Positions 49,526-58,677 are shown, counted from the first letter of the stretch. The stretch is 64,000 bases of DNA from Smithellaceae bacterium (GCA_963667845.2 CAXXVL010000002.1:1888001-1952000); one strand, 5' to 3'. Translations and numbers: made by a program. Notes: generated from the sequence alone by a model not told the origin.

Positions 49526-51748
49526 ATGAAAGGCAGGCAGCAATCGGATAATGATCTGGCTTCGAAAATTCAGGAATTGCGCCGCGAGCTCAAAGAGCTC
49601 AGGCAGTCGGAAATCAAAAGAAAACGAGCGGAGGGCGAACTCAAGGAAAGCGAACAGCGCCTGAAAAGCGTCATCGGCGGTTCGCCCATCCCCGCGTTTG
49701 TCATCGGCAAGAATCATCGCATCCTCTACTGGAATAAAGCGCTCGAAGAACTGACCCGGATAAAGGCGGAAGATGTCATCGGGACATCCCAGCAATGGCG
49801 CGCCTTTTACAGCAAGAAGCGCCCGTGCATGGCGGATCTGCTGGTGAGCCGCGAGCAGGCCAATCTTTCCAAGTGGTACACCGGCAAGTATACGAAGTCC
49901 AAACTGCTGGACGAGGCCTACGAAGCGATCGATTTCTTCCCCGAGCTGGGCCATCAGGGCAAGTGGCTGCGGTTTACGGCGGCAATCATCCGCAATGCGG
50001 CCGGTGAGCTGATCGGCGCCATCGAAACACTGGAAGACATCACGCGGCGCAAGAAGGCAAAAGAGGCGCTGCTTGCGGCGCACGAAGAACTGGAGGAACG
50101 CGTCAAATCGAGAACGGCGGAGCTGGCGCAGGCCAACGAAGCGCTGCTCAATGAACTGCTCGAACGTCGCCGGACTCAGAAAGCCCTCAAGCAGACCACC
50201 GACCACCTCTCCCTGCTTCTGGAATCGCTGCCGATTATTTCTTACACGCGGAAGGCCGATGATGATTTCGGCATCACCTTTGTGAGCAGCACCATCGAGG
50301 AGATCACCGGCTATCCGGCGCAGTCCTTCATCGAAGATGATCATTTCTGGACGGACCATATTCATCCTGACGACCGGACACGCATTATCGAGGAGCTGCA
50401 ATCCCTGCAGATGAAAGGGACGCACCGCTATAGCTATCGGTTCCGGGTCATGGATGATTCCTACCGCTGGTTTTCGGACTACTGGCGGGTCGTCCAGCAT
50501 CCCGCGGGTGGAGCGAGTTACATTGTCGGAGCCTGGCAGGATGTCACCGAGGATAAGAGAATTCGCCAAGAGGGGGAATTACGGCTCCAGCAGATGATTC
50601 AGACGCATAAGCTCACCGCGCTGGGCGAGGTCGTGGCCGGCGTCGCGCATGAGATCAACAATCCGGTCAGTTTTATCGCCTACAATGTGCCGGTTCTGGA
50701 AGAAATCTGGAACACGGTGGAGACGATTTTGTCCCGATCGAGCGCCCATCACCCCGACTGGGAAAAGCGGGGGCTGTCCTACGAAGAAGTCTGCACCAGC
50801 ATGCAGGAGATCATCCAGGCGTTCAAAATCGGCGCCAATCGCATCAGCCGGGTCATCACCAGCCTGAAGGAATTTTCGCGCTCCGATGAAACCGCGCAGA
50901 AGAAACTGATTTCCGTGCCGGACGTGATTGCCGGTGCGCTGGTTATTGTCGGCGCGCAGGTCAGGAGGACCGTATCCCGGATTAATCAGGAGATTGCCGA
51001 AAAAGTTCCGCTCCTCCCCGGGCATTTTCAAAAAATCGAACAAGTCGTCGCCAATCTGCTCATTAATGCTCATCAGGCGATTGAGCCGGGGCAAAAGGGG
51101 CTCATCACCATCCGCTGCCGCTATATCGAACGCCTGAGGGCGGTGGTCGTGGATATCGAAGACAACGGGAAAGGAATTGAACGTAAAAATATGGATCATA
51201 TTTTCGATCCTTTTTTTACGACGCGGCGGGAACTCGACGGCACGGGGCTGGGGCTTTCCATTTCCTACGGACTGATCAAAGAGCACCATGGCCTCATCAG
51301 TGTTCTGTCCCGTCCCGGCAAAGGCAGCCGGTTTTCGATTTACCTTCCTGTGGACGGTGAGACGAATCTTAATCTGTATCCCGCCCTCCTGTGCATCGAT
51401 CACAATGTGAAGTACCTCAAGGAATTGAAGGCCAACTTCGTGGATGCGGTGATCTGGCGGTCGGAGCCCCAGGACACGCCTGCGGATATCCTCAATTTTC
51501 TCGCAGAAAATCCGGAAGTGGATATGATCGTTTCCGAAGTCCGGCTAAAGGGATTTGACGGATGGGATCTCGTGGAGCAGATCAAGACAAAATATCCGCT
51601 GCTGCCGGTAATTCTTTATTCGGCCGACCGCCGGGCGCTCCAGCCGCCATCCCGGATCAAGCTCGGGCCGGACTTTGTGCTCGCCAAACCGTTTCCTATT
51701 TTCGAGCTCCAGAAAGTCATCCACGAACTCGGGAGACAACATTTATGA
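49526..51748 (+). CDS. Double-PAS NtrB-like histidine kinase with C-terminal atypical receiver domain
   Basis: Two PAS/PAC; AGVAHEINNP; NLLINA; DNGKG; FDPFFTT; GTGLGL; receiver ending LAKPF. Confidence 0.9.
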   Translation: MKGRQQSDNDLASKIQELRRELKELRQSEIKRKRAEGELKESEQRLKSVIGGSPIPAFVIGKNHRILYWNKALEELTRIKAEDVIGTSQQWRAFYSKKRPCMADLLVSREQANLSKWYTGKYTKSKLLDEAYEAIDFFPELGHQGKWLRFTAAIIRNAAGELIGAIETLEDITRRKKAKEALLAAHEELEERVKSRTAELAQANEALLNELLERRRTQKALKQTTDHLSLLLESLPIISYTRKADDDFGITFVSSTIEEITGYPAQSFIEDDHFWTDHIHPDDRTRIIEELQSLQMKGTHRYSYRFRVMDDSYRWFSDYWRVVQHPAGGASYIVGAWQDVTEDKRIRQEGELRLQQMIQTHKLTALGEVVAGVAHEINNPVSFIAYNVPVLEEIWNTVETILSRSSAHHPDWEKRGLSYEEVCTSMQEIIQAFKIGANRISRVITSLKEFSRSDETAQKKLISVPDVIAGALVIVGAQVRRTVSRINQEIAEKVPLLPGHFQKIEQVVANLLINAHQAIEPGQKGLITIRCRYIERLRAVVVDIEDNGKGIERKNMDHIFDPFFTTRRELDGTGLGLSISYGLIKEHHGLISVLSRPGKGSRFSIYLPVDGETNLNLYPALLCIDHNVKYLKELKANFVDAVIWRSEPQDTPADILNFLAENPEVDMIVSEVRLKGFDGWDLVEQIKTKYPLLPVILYSADRRALQPPSRIKLGPDFVLAKPFPIFELQKVIHELGRQHL

Positions 51749-53100
51749 AGATTTTGATTGTTGATGATGAAGACGTATCTCTGTCTTCGGTGAAGAGGAT
51801 TCTGAAATGGCATGGTGTGCGGAACGTCGAAATTTGTGACAACGGCAAGGAGGCGATCAAAAGGATCCGTCGGGAGAACTTTGATATCGTCCTCCTTGAT
51901 TTGCTTATGCCCGAAGTCGATGGGATGCAGGTGCTGGAATCGACGAAACCTTTCTGTCCGCAGACGGAGTTTATTATCCTCACTGCCGTGGATGATATTC
52001 CGACAACGGTGAAGGCGATGCGCCAGGGTGCTTACGACTATCTGGTGAAGCCAGTGGACAATGAACTGCTCTTTCTCTCCATCGAAAGGGCCTACGAAAG
52101 AAAAGGACTGCTGGCCGGTCTGTCCATTAACGCCAGTTGCGAGGCGGCCGACATTCCGCCGTCGTTTGCCGACACGGTCACGCAGAGCACCCAGATGAAA
52201 GCGTTGATTTCCTATGCCCAGGTGATGGCCAGAAGCGGCAATCCGATTTTGATTACGGGCGAATCCGGAACCGGCAAGGAATTGATGGCGCGGGGCATTC
52301 ACCGGGCGGGTCCCGCCCCGGCCGGGCCTTTCGTGGCGGTCAATGTGTCCGCCATCCCGGCGACGATGTTTGAAAGTCAGTTCTTCGGCCACACCAAAGG
52401 TGCATTTACCGGTGCCGACGGGAATCATGCGGGTTTCTTTGAGCAGGCGGACGGCGGGACGCTGTTTCTCGACGAAATCGGTGAACTGCCGCTTAGCCTG
52501 CAATCGAAACTGCTGCGCGTTCTGGAGGATAAAACCTTTACGCCGCTCGGGGCAAGCCGTCCCCTGCGCGTCGATGTCCGGCTGGTTTCGGCCACCAACA
52601 CGGAACTGGACCGTGCCTGTCAGGAAGGCAAATTCCGCATCGATTTACTGTTCCGCCTGAAATCGGCCTATATCTGTCTGCCGCCGCTTCGAGAGAGGCG
52701 AAACGACATTTCCCTTCTGGCCGCCCATTTTCTGCAAAAGGCCAATCAGCGCCATGGGAAAAATCTTTCCGGGTTCAGTTATGAAGCAATGAATCTGCTA
52801 ATGCAAAAAGATTATCCCGGAAATATCCGTGAACTCTCGCAGATCGTCGAAAATGCCGTATTGCTCGCGGACGGGCCGATCATCGGGCCGGCGAATCTGG
52901 GGGCACAATCGCCTGTGGATCTGCCGCCGTCTCTGTCTTGCCGGCGTCTTTGCACGCTCAAAGAGAACGACGCCGCACACGTGATGTTTGTCCTGGATTC
53001 TACCGGCGGCAACCGCCGCGAAGCCGCCCGCATTCTGGGCGTGACACTCCGCCAGCTGCAAAGAAAATTAGCCGATTTGAAAAAAGACCTGAAGATCTGA
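51745..53100 (+). CDS. Sigma54-dependent NtrC-family response regulator
   Basis: [45 protein letters not shown], Fis HTH; ATGA overlap with the kinase. Confidence 0.95.
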   Translation: MKILIVDDEDVSLSSVKRILKWHGVRNVEICDNGKEAIKRIRRENFDIVLLDLLMPEVDGMQVLESTKPFCPQTEFIILTAVDDIPTTVKAMRQGAYDYLVKPVDNELLFLSIERAYERKGLLAGLSINASCEAADIPPSFADTVTQSTQMKALISYAQVMARSGNPILITGESGTGKELMARGIHRAGPAPAGPFVAVNVSAIPATMFESQFFGHTKGAFTGADGNHAGFFEQADGGTLFLDEIGELPLSLQSKLLRVLEDKTFTPLGASRPLRVDVRLVSATNTELDRACQEGKFRIDLLFRLKSAYICLPPLRERRNDISLLAAHFLQKANQRHGKNLSGFSYEAMNLLMQKDYPGNIRELSQIVENAVLLADGPIIGPANLGAQSPVDLPPSLSCRRLCTLKENDAAHVMFVLDSTGGNRREAARILGVTLRQLQRKLADLKKDLKI

Positions 53101-53153
53101 AAAGCGGAATGAACCCATGACACCGAAAACGGGATATTGGCCCCGGGCGGAAA

Positions 53154-53210
53154 TTAACCACGTCGCAGCACGCGACGGAGAATTAACGCTCGTCCCGCGT
53201 GAGCGGGATT
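53154..53210 (-). repeat. Dispersed double-hairpin repeat, copy 4
   Basis: Reverse complement AATCCCGCTCACGCGGGACGAGCGTTAATTCTCCGTCGCGTGCTGCGACGTGGTTAA. Confidence 0.9.
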
Positions 53211-53286
53211 AAACGAAGAGGAATGGGGCTGAAGGGCAGACAAAGGCGGCACTCCGCTGCCAGAACGGAACGCCGCCTTCGATTTT

Positions 53287-53589
53287 CTAAAGAACGTGGC
53301 AGGAACCACATTCGAGCTTGGTCTTTCCACCCTGATGTATTTTGTGGATTTCTGTTGAAAATTTTGTCGCCTCCGTTTTTGCCGCATCCGACTTATGGCA
53401 TGAGAGGCAGGGCGCCGTCTTATCCACATCGGGGTGCTTTTTGGGCAGAATCGCGCCGAAATCCTTATGGCAGGCACCGCAGGCATTGTCCTTCAGCGGC
53501 ATCCCAGCGGCCAGAACACCTGTGCTGCACACCGTAACGATCAATAAAATTCCGCAGAAATAAGTGACGAGTTTCTTCCCTATCTGCAT
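53287..53589 (-). CDS. Small periplasmic triheme cytochrome c
   Basis: RBS GGAGG; signal peptide; CGACH, CLSCH, CGSCH plus three extra His. Confidence 0.85.
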   Translation of the reverse strand: MQIGKKLVTYFCGILLIVTVCSTGVLAAGMPLKDNACGACHKDFGAILPKKHPDVDKTAPCLSCHKSDAAKTEATKFSTEIHKIHQGGKTKLECGSCHVL

Positions 53590-53794
53590 AACCAAATCCT
53601 CCTTAATGGTATTATACTTTCGAGCATCAAAACGGCTCAGGCCGACTTTTACAGCTTACGGGTGATTCCGGAAAAGTCGTAAACAGCCGGTGACGATCAT
53701 CAGCGCATAATGCTATATTACAGAATCTTATTCATCGGTCAAGCCTTCCCGTTCTGTCAAAACTCCGTCATACGCAATGACCGACGCAGCCGGT

Positions 53795-54220
53795 TCAGGA
53801 TTCCAGAACGGCGTCCATCGTAATGGCGGCATTGAGCACCTTGGATACGGGACATCCTTCCTTGGCGGTTTTGGCCGCCAGGCTAAAGGCGTCAGGGGAT
53901 GCCCCCGGGATTTTTGCCCGAACGTCCAGGTGAACAGCCGTGATGGAAAATCCCTCTCCTTGTTTTTCGATCATGACCGTTGCCGTTGTTTTAATGGTTT
54001 CCGCCGTGAGTCCCGCGCCGCCCAGTATTCCGGAGAGTGCCATGGAAAAGCAGCCGGCATGCGCTGCGGCAATCAATTCTTCAGGATTCGTGCCGGCGCC
54101 ATTTCCAAACCGGGTGGCGAACGAATACTGCGTATCTTTTAACACGCCGCTGTCCGTCGTCAATGTGCCGTGGCCTTCTCTGATTGGACCTGTCCATACC
54201 GCAAACGCCTTACGTTTCAT
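53795..54220 (-). CDS. osmC: OsmC-family peroxiredoxin
   Basis: YSFATRF, GTNPEELIAAAHAGCFSMAL, CPVSK; RBS AAGGAG before ATG 54220. Confidence 0.93.
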   Translation of the reverse strand: MKRKAFAVWTGPIREGHGTLTTDSGVLKDTQYSFATRFGNGAGTNPEELIAAAHAGCFSMALSGILGGAGLTAETIKTTATVMIEKQGEGFSITAVHLDVRAKIPGASPDAFSLAAKTAKEGCPVSKVLNAAITMDAVLES

Positions 54221-54598
54221 GCCTTGATCTCCTTTCAGATATCCTTTAACGTCCTTTGTCTTGAGGGTTCCCATCTCTTTTAGCCCGTTCCTTGACGAAT
54301 CCTCCGGAAGGGGAACCCTAATGCGCCCGATTTGAATCGGTTTCCAAGTTGATGTCTGACTTGCCGGATACCGCCTTCATTTCACAAGGTCCGCCGGCCT
54401 CCGAATAATAGCTACTACTCTAGGTTATTTCTCTTTTAAGTATTGTCAACTTCAATTGATCTTTAAAGAGCGCAATCCCCACGCGAAATGTGCCCCTGAT
54501 GAATTGCGCTTGATTAATTAAAAACAGTTATTATGTTGAGACAATGATTCATTAAAATGGCGGAAGTATACCCGCGCATGCCGGATCATTAGATTTTG

Positions 54599-54653
54599 AT
54601 CCCGCTTAAGCGGACGAGCGTTAGTTCTCCGCAGCTTGCTGCGAGGCGGTTGA
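54599..54653 (+). repeat. Dispersed double-hairpin repeat, copy 5
   Basis: ATCCCGCTTAAGCGGACGAGCGTTAGTTCTCCGCAGCTTGCTGCGAGGCGGTTGA. Confidence 0.85.
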
Positions 54654-54674
54654 TTTTATTGGAATGGGAGGTTT

Positions 54675-55289
54675 ATGCAACACACAGGATTTTTTAAACA
54701 GGAGGCTTCCGCTGTTGGATTCGCGGGGTCTTTGTTCACAATAGCGCAAGGAAACGATAGGCGGGAGAATCGGCCAAAGATGATACGCTGGGGGGTGTGC
54801 CTCCTGATATCTCTTATGATATTGGTCTATGTGGCCTCGGCCGGCTGCGCTTTAGCATCGGCGGGCGATGCCAAAGCGGATGACGTTTACGCTGCGGATT
54901 TCACCCTGAAAGATTTAAACGGCAAAGATGTCAAGTTAAGCGACTACAAGGGGCGGCCCATCTTCTTGATTTTTATGACCACCTGGTGCCGGGACTGTCT
55001 TGCGTCTATCCCCACTTTAAAAGCGATCTATAACCGGTATCATGAAAAAGGTTTGGTCATGTTGAGCATCGATATCGAGGAGACGCACGCCAAAGTTGCG
55101 GCCTACTCTAAAAAACACGGTCTTCCTTATCCGATACTTCTGGACCCGGAGGGATCCCTTTCCAGAAAATACGGCGTCGGCGGCGTGCCGGTGAAGGCCT
55201 TAATCGATCGCAATGGCCGCATCATCTGTTGGAACTGCCGGTCTCTGGAGGAACAGCTGGAAAAGCAATTTGAACCAGCCGGCAAGTAG
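54675..55289 (+). CDS. TlpA-like thiol-disulfide oxidoreductase
   Basis: TM/signal; DFTLKDLNG..LSDYKG; TWCRDC; YGVGGVP; additional CWNC near the C-terminus. Confidence 0.85.
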   Translation: MQHTGFFKQEASAVGFAGSLFTIAQGNDRRENRPKMIRWGVCLLISLMILVYVASAGCALASAGDAKADDVYAADFTLKDLNGKDVKLSDYKGRPIFLIFMTTWCRDCLASIPTLKAIYNRYHEKGLVMLSIDIEETHAKVAAYSKKHGLPYPILLDPEGSLSRKYGVGGVPVKALIDRNGRIICWNCRSLEEQLEKQFEPAGK

Positions 55290-55371
55290 ATTGATGTTTC
55301 TCCCCGGGGCGTCGGAAAAATGGCTTTCACATGATCGTCCCGGGAAATTTCGCAGCCGATAATTGAAGCCG

Positions 55372-55884
55372 TTACTGCTTCGGTTCCATCGGATATTGTG
55401 CATCCTTCCAGGCATGCCAGCCGCCCTTCAAAGCGCTCACTTTTTTGAAGCCCAGATCCAACAGTAATCGTGCCGCACGGGCACTTGTCGCTTCATCGTG
55501 TCAGGAGCAGTATGCGACGATTTCCGCTGCAGCCGGCAGCTCCGTGTACCGGCTTTTCAATTCATCTAACGGAATGCGGATGGCGCCGCGTATCTTGTAG
55601 GGGCTTGTGGAATAATCTTCCGCGGTACGAACGTCCAGGATAACGATCCGGTCGCCGCTGTCCATTTTTTCCTTCAATTCCTGGATGGTCATCCGGGGCA
55701 TGCTGTCCGCTGCCGGGGTTGCCCGGGCTTCTGCCGGCAGAAAACTCGCGATGAGTCCGGCTGCAACTATCACAAGGAAAGATACGTTTGTCCATGATCT
55801 AAACGATATTTTAACCGCTGCAATCTTCTGGAACACTTCCCATGCCGGGCGAAAAGAACTTCTTATCATCGCTTTGTCTTTCAT
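55372..55884 (-). CDS. Rhodanese-domain selenoprotein (in-frame UGA at 55501-55503, C-S-U motif)
   Basis: ILDVR..IRGAIRIP..IVAYCS-[TGA]-HDEATSARAARLLLDLGFKKVSALKGGWHAWKDAQYPMEPKQ-TAA completes the rhodanese fold; SECIS-like hairpin follows the UGA. Confidence 0.85.
55459..55490 (-). promoter_or_regulatory. Bacterial SECIS-like element
   Basis: Sense strand CGACA-A-GTGCC-CGTGC-GGCAC-GATTAC-TGTTG; apical loop starts 22 nt after UGA with GU at loop positions 2-3. Confidence 0.7.
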
Positions 55885-55979
55885 TTTGAAAATCCGCCAG
55901 TCCGCTGTTAAAATTTATGATCCTGCACTATTCGCTCAATAATTAGGTGGGTTAGGTTTTATTATTCTCCAGGTTAGTC

Positions 55980-56432
55980 TTATCTTTCCTTGTAGGGAAA
56001 GCAGCACTGCCATACAGCCAGACCGTCCTCTTCGTTACGGAGTTTCATGGTCCATTCGCCCTTGCTGATTTCAGAAGCGATGATGGCGCCGCCGACTTTT
56101 TTGCCGCGAACCTCAACCTTGTCGCCCTTGGCAAATTTGATCTTCTGATTATCGATCAACCATTTCGGTCCCATATAAACGGTCCATTTTCCACCTTCAT
56201 CCGCGATAAACCGCATCTGCAGACCATCTTTCGACCCATACATTTTCTCGATTTTCTGCACGGTGCCTTTCATGGTGACCATGGCTTCATCACCGGTGAA
56301 AGTTCCGCCTTCACCGATATTGACCGGTACGCCGTAGCTCCACTCGGCTTTGCCGGCAAATGCAACACATGTCATCATCAAAACCGTAGCAATAACTGTT
56401 AACACGAATGCAGCCCACAATGATTTCCTCAT
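55980..56432 (-). CDS. Secreted OB-fold-like protein (MamS/MamX-domain-like), paralogue A
   Basis: Signal peptide ending AFA; VTMKGTV, VYMGPKWL, KGDKVEVRG, IIASEI; C-terminal WQCCFP. Confidence 0.7.
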   Translation of the reverse strand: MRKSLWAAFVLTVIATVLMMTCVAFAGKAEWSYGVPVNIGEGGTFTGDEAMVTMKGTVQKIEKMYGSKDGLQMRFIADEGGKWTVYMGPKWLIDNQKIKFAKGDKVEVRGKKVGGAIIASEISKGEWTMKLRNEEDGLAVWQCCFPYKER

Positions 56433-56551
56433 ATTTCGCTCCTTTGCTTTCATTTATTAACTAGCCCACCTAATTTTGAGCTAAAAAACTATCCGGAAAA
56501 ACTTCGTTCACGCGCGTTGTTTCGATCGGCGCCTTTCTCTTTAAATAATTC

Positions 56552-57007
56552 TTACATTCGATCCTTGTAAGGGAAGCAGCACTGCCATACAGCCTGGCCG
56601 TCCTCTTCGCTGCGGATTCTCATGGTCCAGCCGCCCTTGCTGACTTCGGAAGCAATAATGGCCGCGCCGTATTTCTTTCCGCGAACTTCAACCTTGTCGC
56701 CCTTGGCTAATTTGATCTTCTGGTTCTCAATCAACCATTTAGGTCCCAAATAAACGGTCCATTTCCCACCTTCCTCTGCAACAAACTGCATCTGCAGACT
56801 GTTTTTATCGCCATACATTCTTTCAATTTTCTGCACGGTGCCTTTCATGGTGACCATGACTTCATCGCCGGTAAAATCCGAACCTTCACCGATATTGATC
56901 GGTGTGCCATAACTCCACTCGGCCTTGCCGGCAAATGCCGCACAGGCCATCATCAAAATAACTGCAAAAACTGTTAATACAAATAAAGCCTGCAATGATT
57001 TTTTCAT
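56552..57007 (-). CDS. Secreted OB-fold-like protein, paralogue B
   Basis: Collinear and highly similar to 55980-56432; same RBS context GGAGCGAAATATG. Confidence 0.7.
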   Translation of the reverse strand: MKKSLQALFVLTVFAVILMMACAAFAGKAEWSYGTPINIGEGSDFTGDEVMVTMKGTVQKIERMYGDKNSLQMQFVAEEGGKWTVYLGPKWLIENQKIKLAKGDKVEVRGKKYGAAIIASEVSKGGWTMRIRSEEDGQAVWQCCFPYKDRM

Positions 57008-57304
57008 ATTTCGCTCCTCTGTTTCAATCTATTAACTAACCCATCTGATTTTGAGCTGCCGGTGAATCAATTACGGATAGGTCGTTCGCCTGTTCCCGAC
57101 GCACTCTGATTAAAAACCCTTTGTTCTCGAGACTTTCGTCCACCTGCCGCCTTCCATTCCTCTTTCCGATTCATCAAAAACCATGATTTTATTCTCTTAG
57201 GCAGTAGCGCGAACCCATGAGCCCTTTCGTCTCGGCTTTATGCTACCTTGCCGATTTTGTTATGAAGGTAAGCTACATAAGAGTAAATGGCAACGGCAGT
57301 TATA

Positions 57305-57321
57305 TGTCAGTTTATTGGTAG
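57305..57321 (-). promoter_or_regulatory. 11-bp-period direct repeat upstream of the tandem paralogues
   Basis: Minus strand CTACCA-ATAAA-CTGACA. Confidence 0.5.
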
Positions 57322-57431
57322 GTAAATTCTATAGATCAAATTCAGGTTATTCAGATCCTTTTGTTTCCCGGAAACATGTCTGCCTGGCCGGAATCAGCAG
57401 ATTGCGCCGACTCCGGCTATTTTGGAGGGAA

Positions 57432-58172
57432 TTAATCGACCAGGCTTTGGTCGCTCACAGCAGACTCGTTTTTCAAAGCATTCGCCTCGCTGTCGATGCC
57501 CAGCAGTTCGATTTCGAAAATGAGTGTACTCTGGGGCGGGACCCGGCTGGACTGACGCCTCCCGTAAGCCAGGTCCGGCGACACGAAGATCTGCCACTTC
57601 GCTCCGGTCTTCATGGAGAGGAGCGCTTCCTGCCATCCTCGCATCAGGCTGCTTAAAGGAAGGGAGGCGGGGTTCCCCCGGGTGTAGGAATTGTCGAATT
57701 CCTTACCGTTGATAAGTGTCCCGCGATAGTGGACCGTAACAAAATCGGACGGCTTCGGTACGGTGCCCGAACCCTCGACCAGTACTTTGTATTGAAGGCC
57801 GCTTTTCATCTCCCGGACACCCTCCTGCCTCTTATTTTGTTCGAGGAAAGCTTTCCCCTCCTTCAGGTTCGTATCAGCGTACCGGCGGGCAAGCTGATCC
57901 TGCCGCACCATGAGCTTTTTGCGCATCTCCATCAAGTTTTGTCTGATATCTTCGGGACCGATGACCGGCTGCCTGTTTTCCAGCGCGTCTTGTATGGCCG
58001 CCATGAGGGTGGGTAAGTCAATGTCCACTCCCTGCCGTTTTATGTTCGATCCGAAATCATACCCGAGACTATAACTGTCCTTTGTCTTTTGATCCGCGAA
58101 CGGCTGGGCTCCAATCCGACAAAGCGGGATGAAAAGAAATAAGCTCACCACGATGACAGAAAATCGTTTCAT
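57432..58172 (-). CDS. FKBP-type peptidyl-prolyl isomerase (Mip/FklB/FkpA-like)
   Basis: Signal peptide; SYSLG dimerisation domain; SGLQYKVL, VTVHYRGTLING.EFD.S, GWQEAL, LAYG, LIFEIEL. Confidence 0.93.
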   Translation of the reverse strand: MKRFSVIVVSLFLFIPLCRIGAQPFADQKTKDSYSLGYDFGSNIKRQGVDIDLPTLMAAIQDALENRQPVIGPEDIRQNLMEMRKKLMVRQDQLARRYADTNLKEGKAFLEQNKRQEGVREMKSGLQYKVLVEGSGTVPKPSDFVTVHYRGTLINGKEFDNSYTRGNPASLPLSSLMRGWQEALLSMKTGAKWQIFVSPDLAYGRRQSSRVPPQSTLIFEIELLGIDSEANALKNESAVSDQSLVD

Positions 58173-58209
58173 GGATACCCCTCATGTTGTGTTAAATCGG
58201 CCTAATTGC

Positions 58210-58644
58210 CTATTGAATACATTTCCCGATTGATTTGGGCTGGCACATTTTTCCATTGACCCACTTGGCCTCTGAAAAATCGGTCTTTGTCATATAAGCT
58301 CCGGCAAGATTTGCACCTGTCAAATTTGCCCCGGTGAGATCCGCACCGGAGAGCACGGCATCGGTAAACCTCGCGCCGGAAAGATCCGCGTTGGACAGAT
58401 TGACGTTCTTCAGATTGGCGCCGGACAGGTCGGCACGGCTGAGATTGGCGCCCGAAAGATTTTTGCCGGATAGATTGGCGTGGCGCAGGTTGCAGCCTTC
58501 GCAGGATTTCGATGCTTTGATCTTTTCCACGTCGGTTTTATCAAAAGCCATCGCGGGACTAACGCCCGCCGTCAGGAGTGCGACGGTGAGAGCAAGAACC
58601 ATGACAGTTCTCCGAATCAGGCGTTCAACTGTTTTCATCCGCAT
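58210..58644 (-). CDS. Secreted pentapeptide-repeat protein
   Basis: Signal peptide; CEGC then about 12 A(N/D)L(S/T)x repeats; C-terminal Cys pair. Confidence 0.9.
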   Translation of the reverse strand: MRMKTVERLIRRTVMVLALTVALLTAGVSPAMAFDKTDVEKIKASKSCEGCNLRHANLSGKNLSGANLSRADLSGANLKNVNLSNADLSGARFTDAVLSGADLTGANLTGANLAGAYMTKTDFSEAKWVNGKMCQPKSIGKCIQ

Positions 58645-58677
58645 TTGCTCCGTTCTCCTTCTCTAGGAAAAATTTTG

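Noticed and set aside
12832..54653. 55-bp repeats as CRISPR repeats or integron attC sites
   Set aside because: Dispersed over 42 kb in both orientations, no spacers, no clear RYYYAAC/GTTRRRY ends and no integrase
55980..57007. Magnetosome gene cluster (MamS/MamX-like domain)
   Set aside because: No other mam genes or magnetochrome motifs; this fold also occurs in non-magnetotactic bacteria
57200..57258. c-di-GMP-I riboswitch (GGCAA..GAAA resemblance)
   Set aside because: Lacks the GGCAAAC..GACGCAAAG core and P2 arrangement; kept only as an unassigned hairpin
58300..58480. Periodic DNA repeats (AGATTGGCG-like) resembling an array
   Set aside because: Explained by pentapeptide-repeat coding; no unique spacers or cas genes, so not CRISPR
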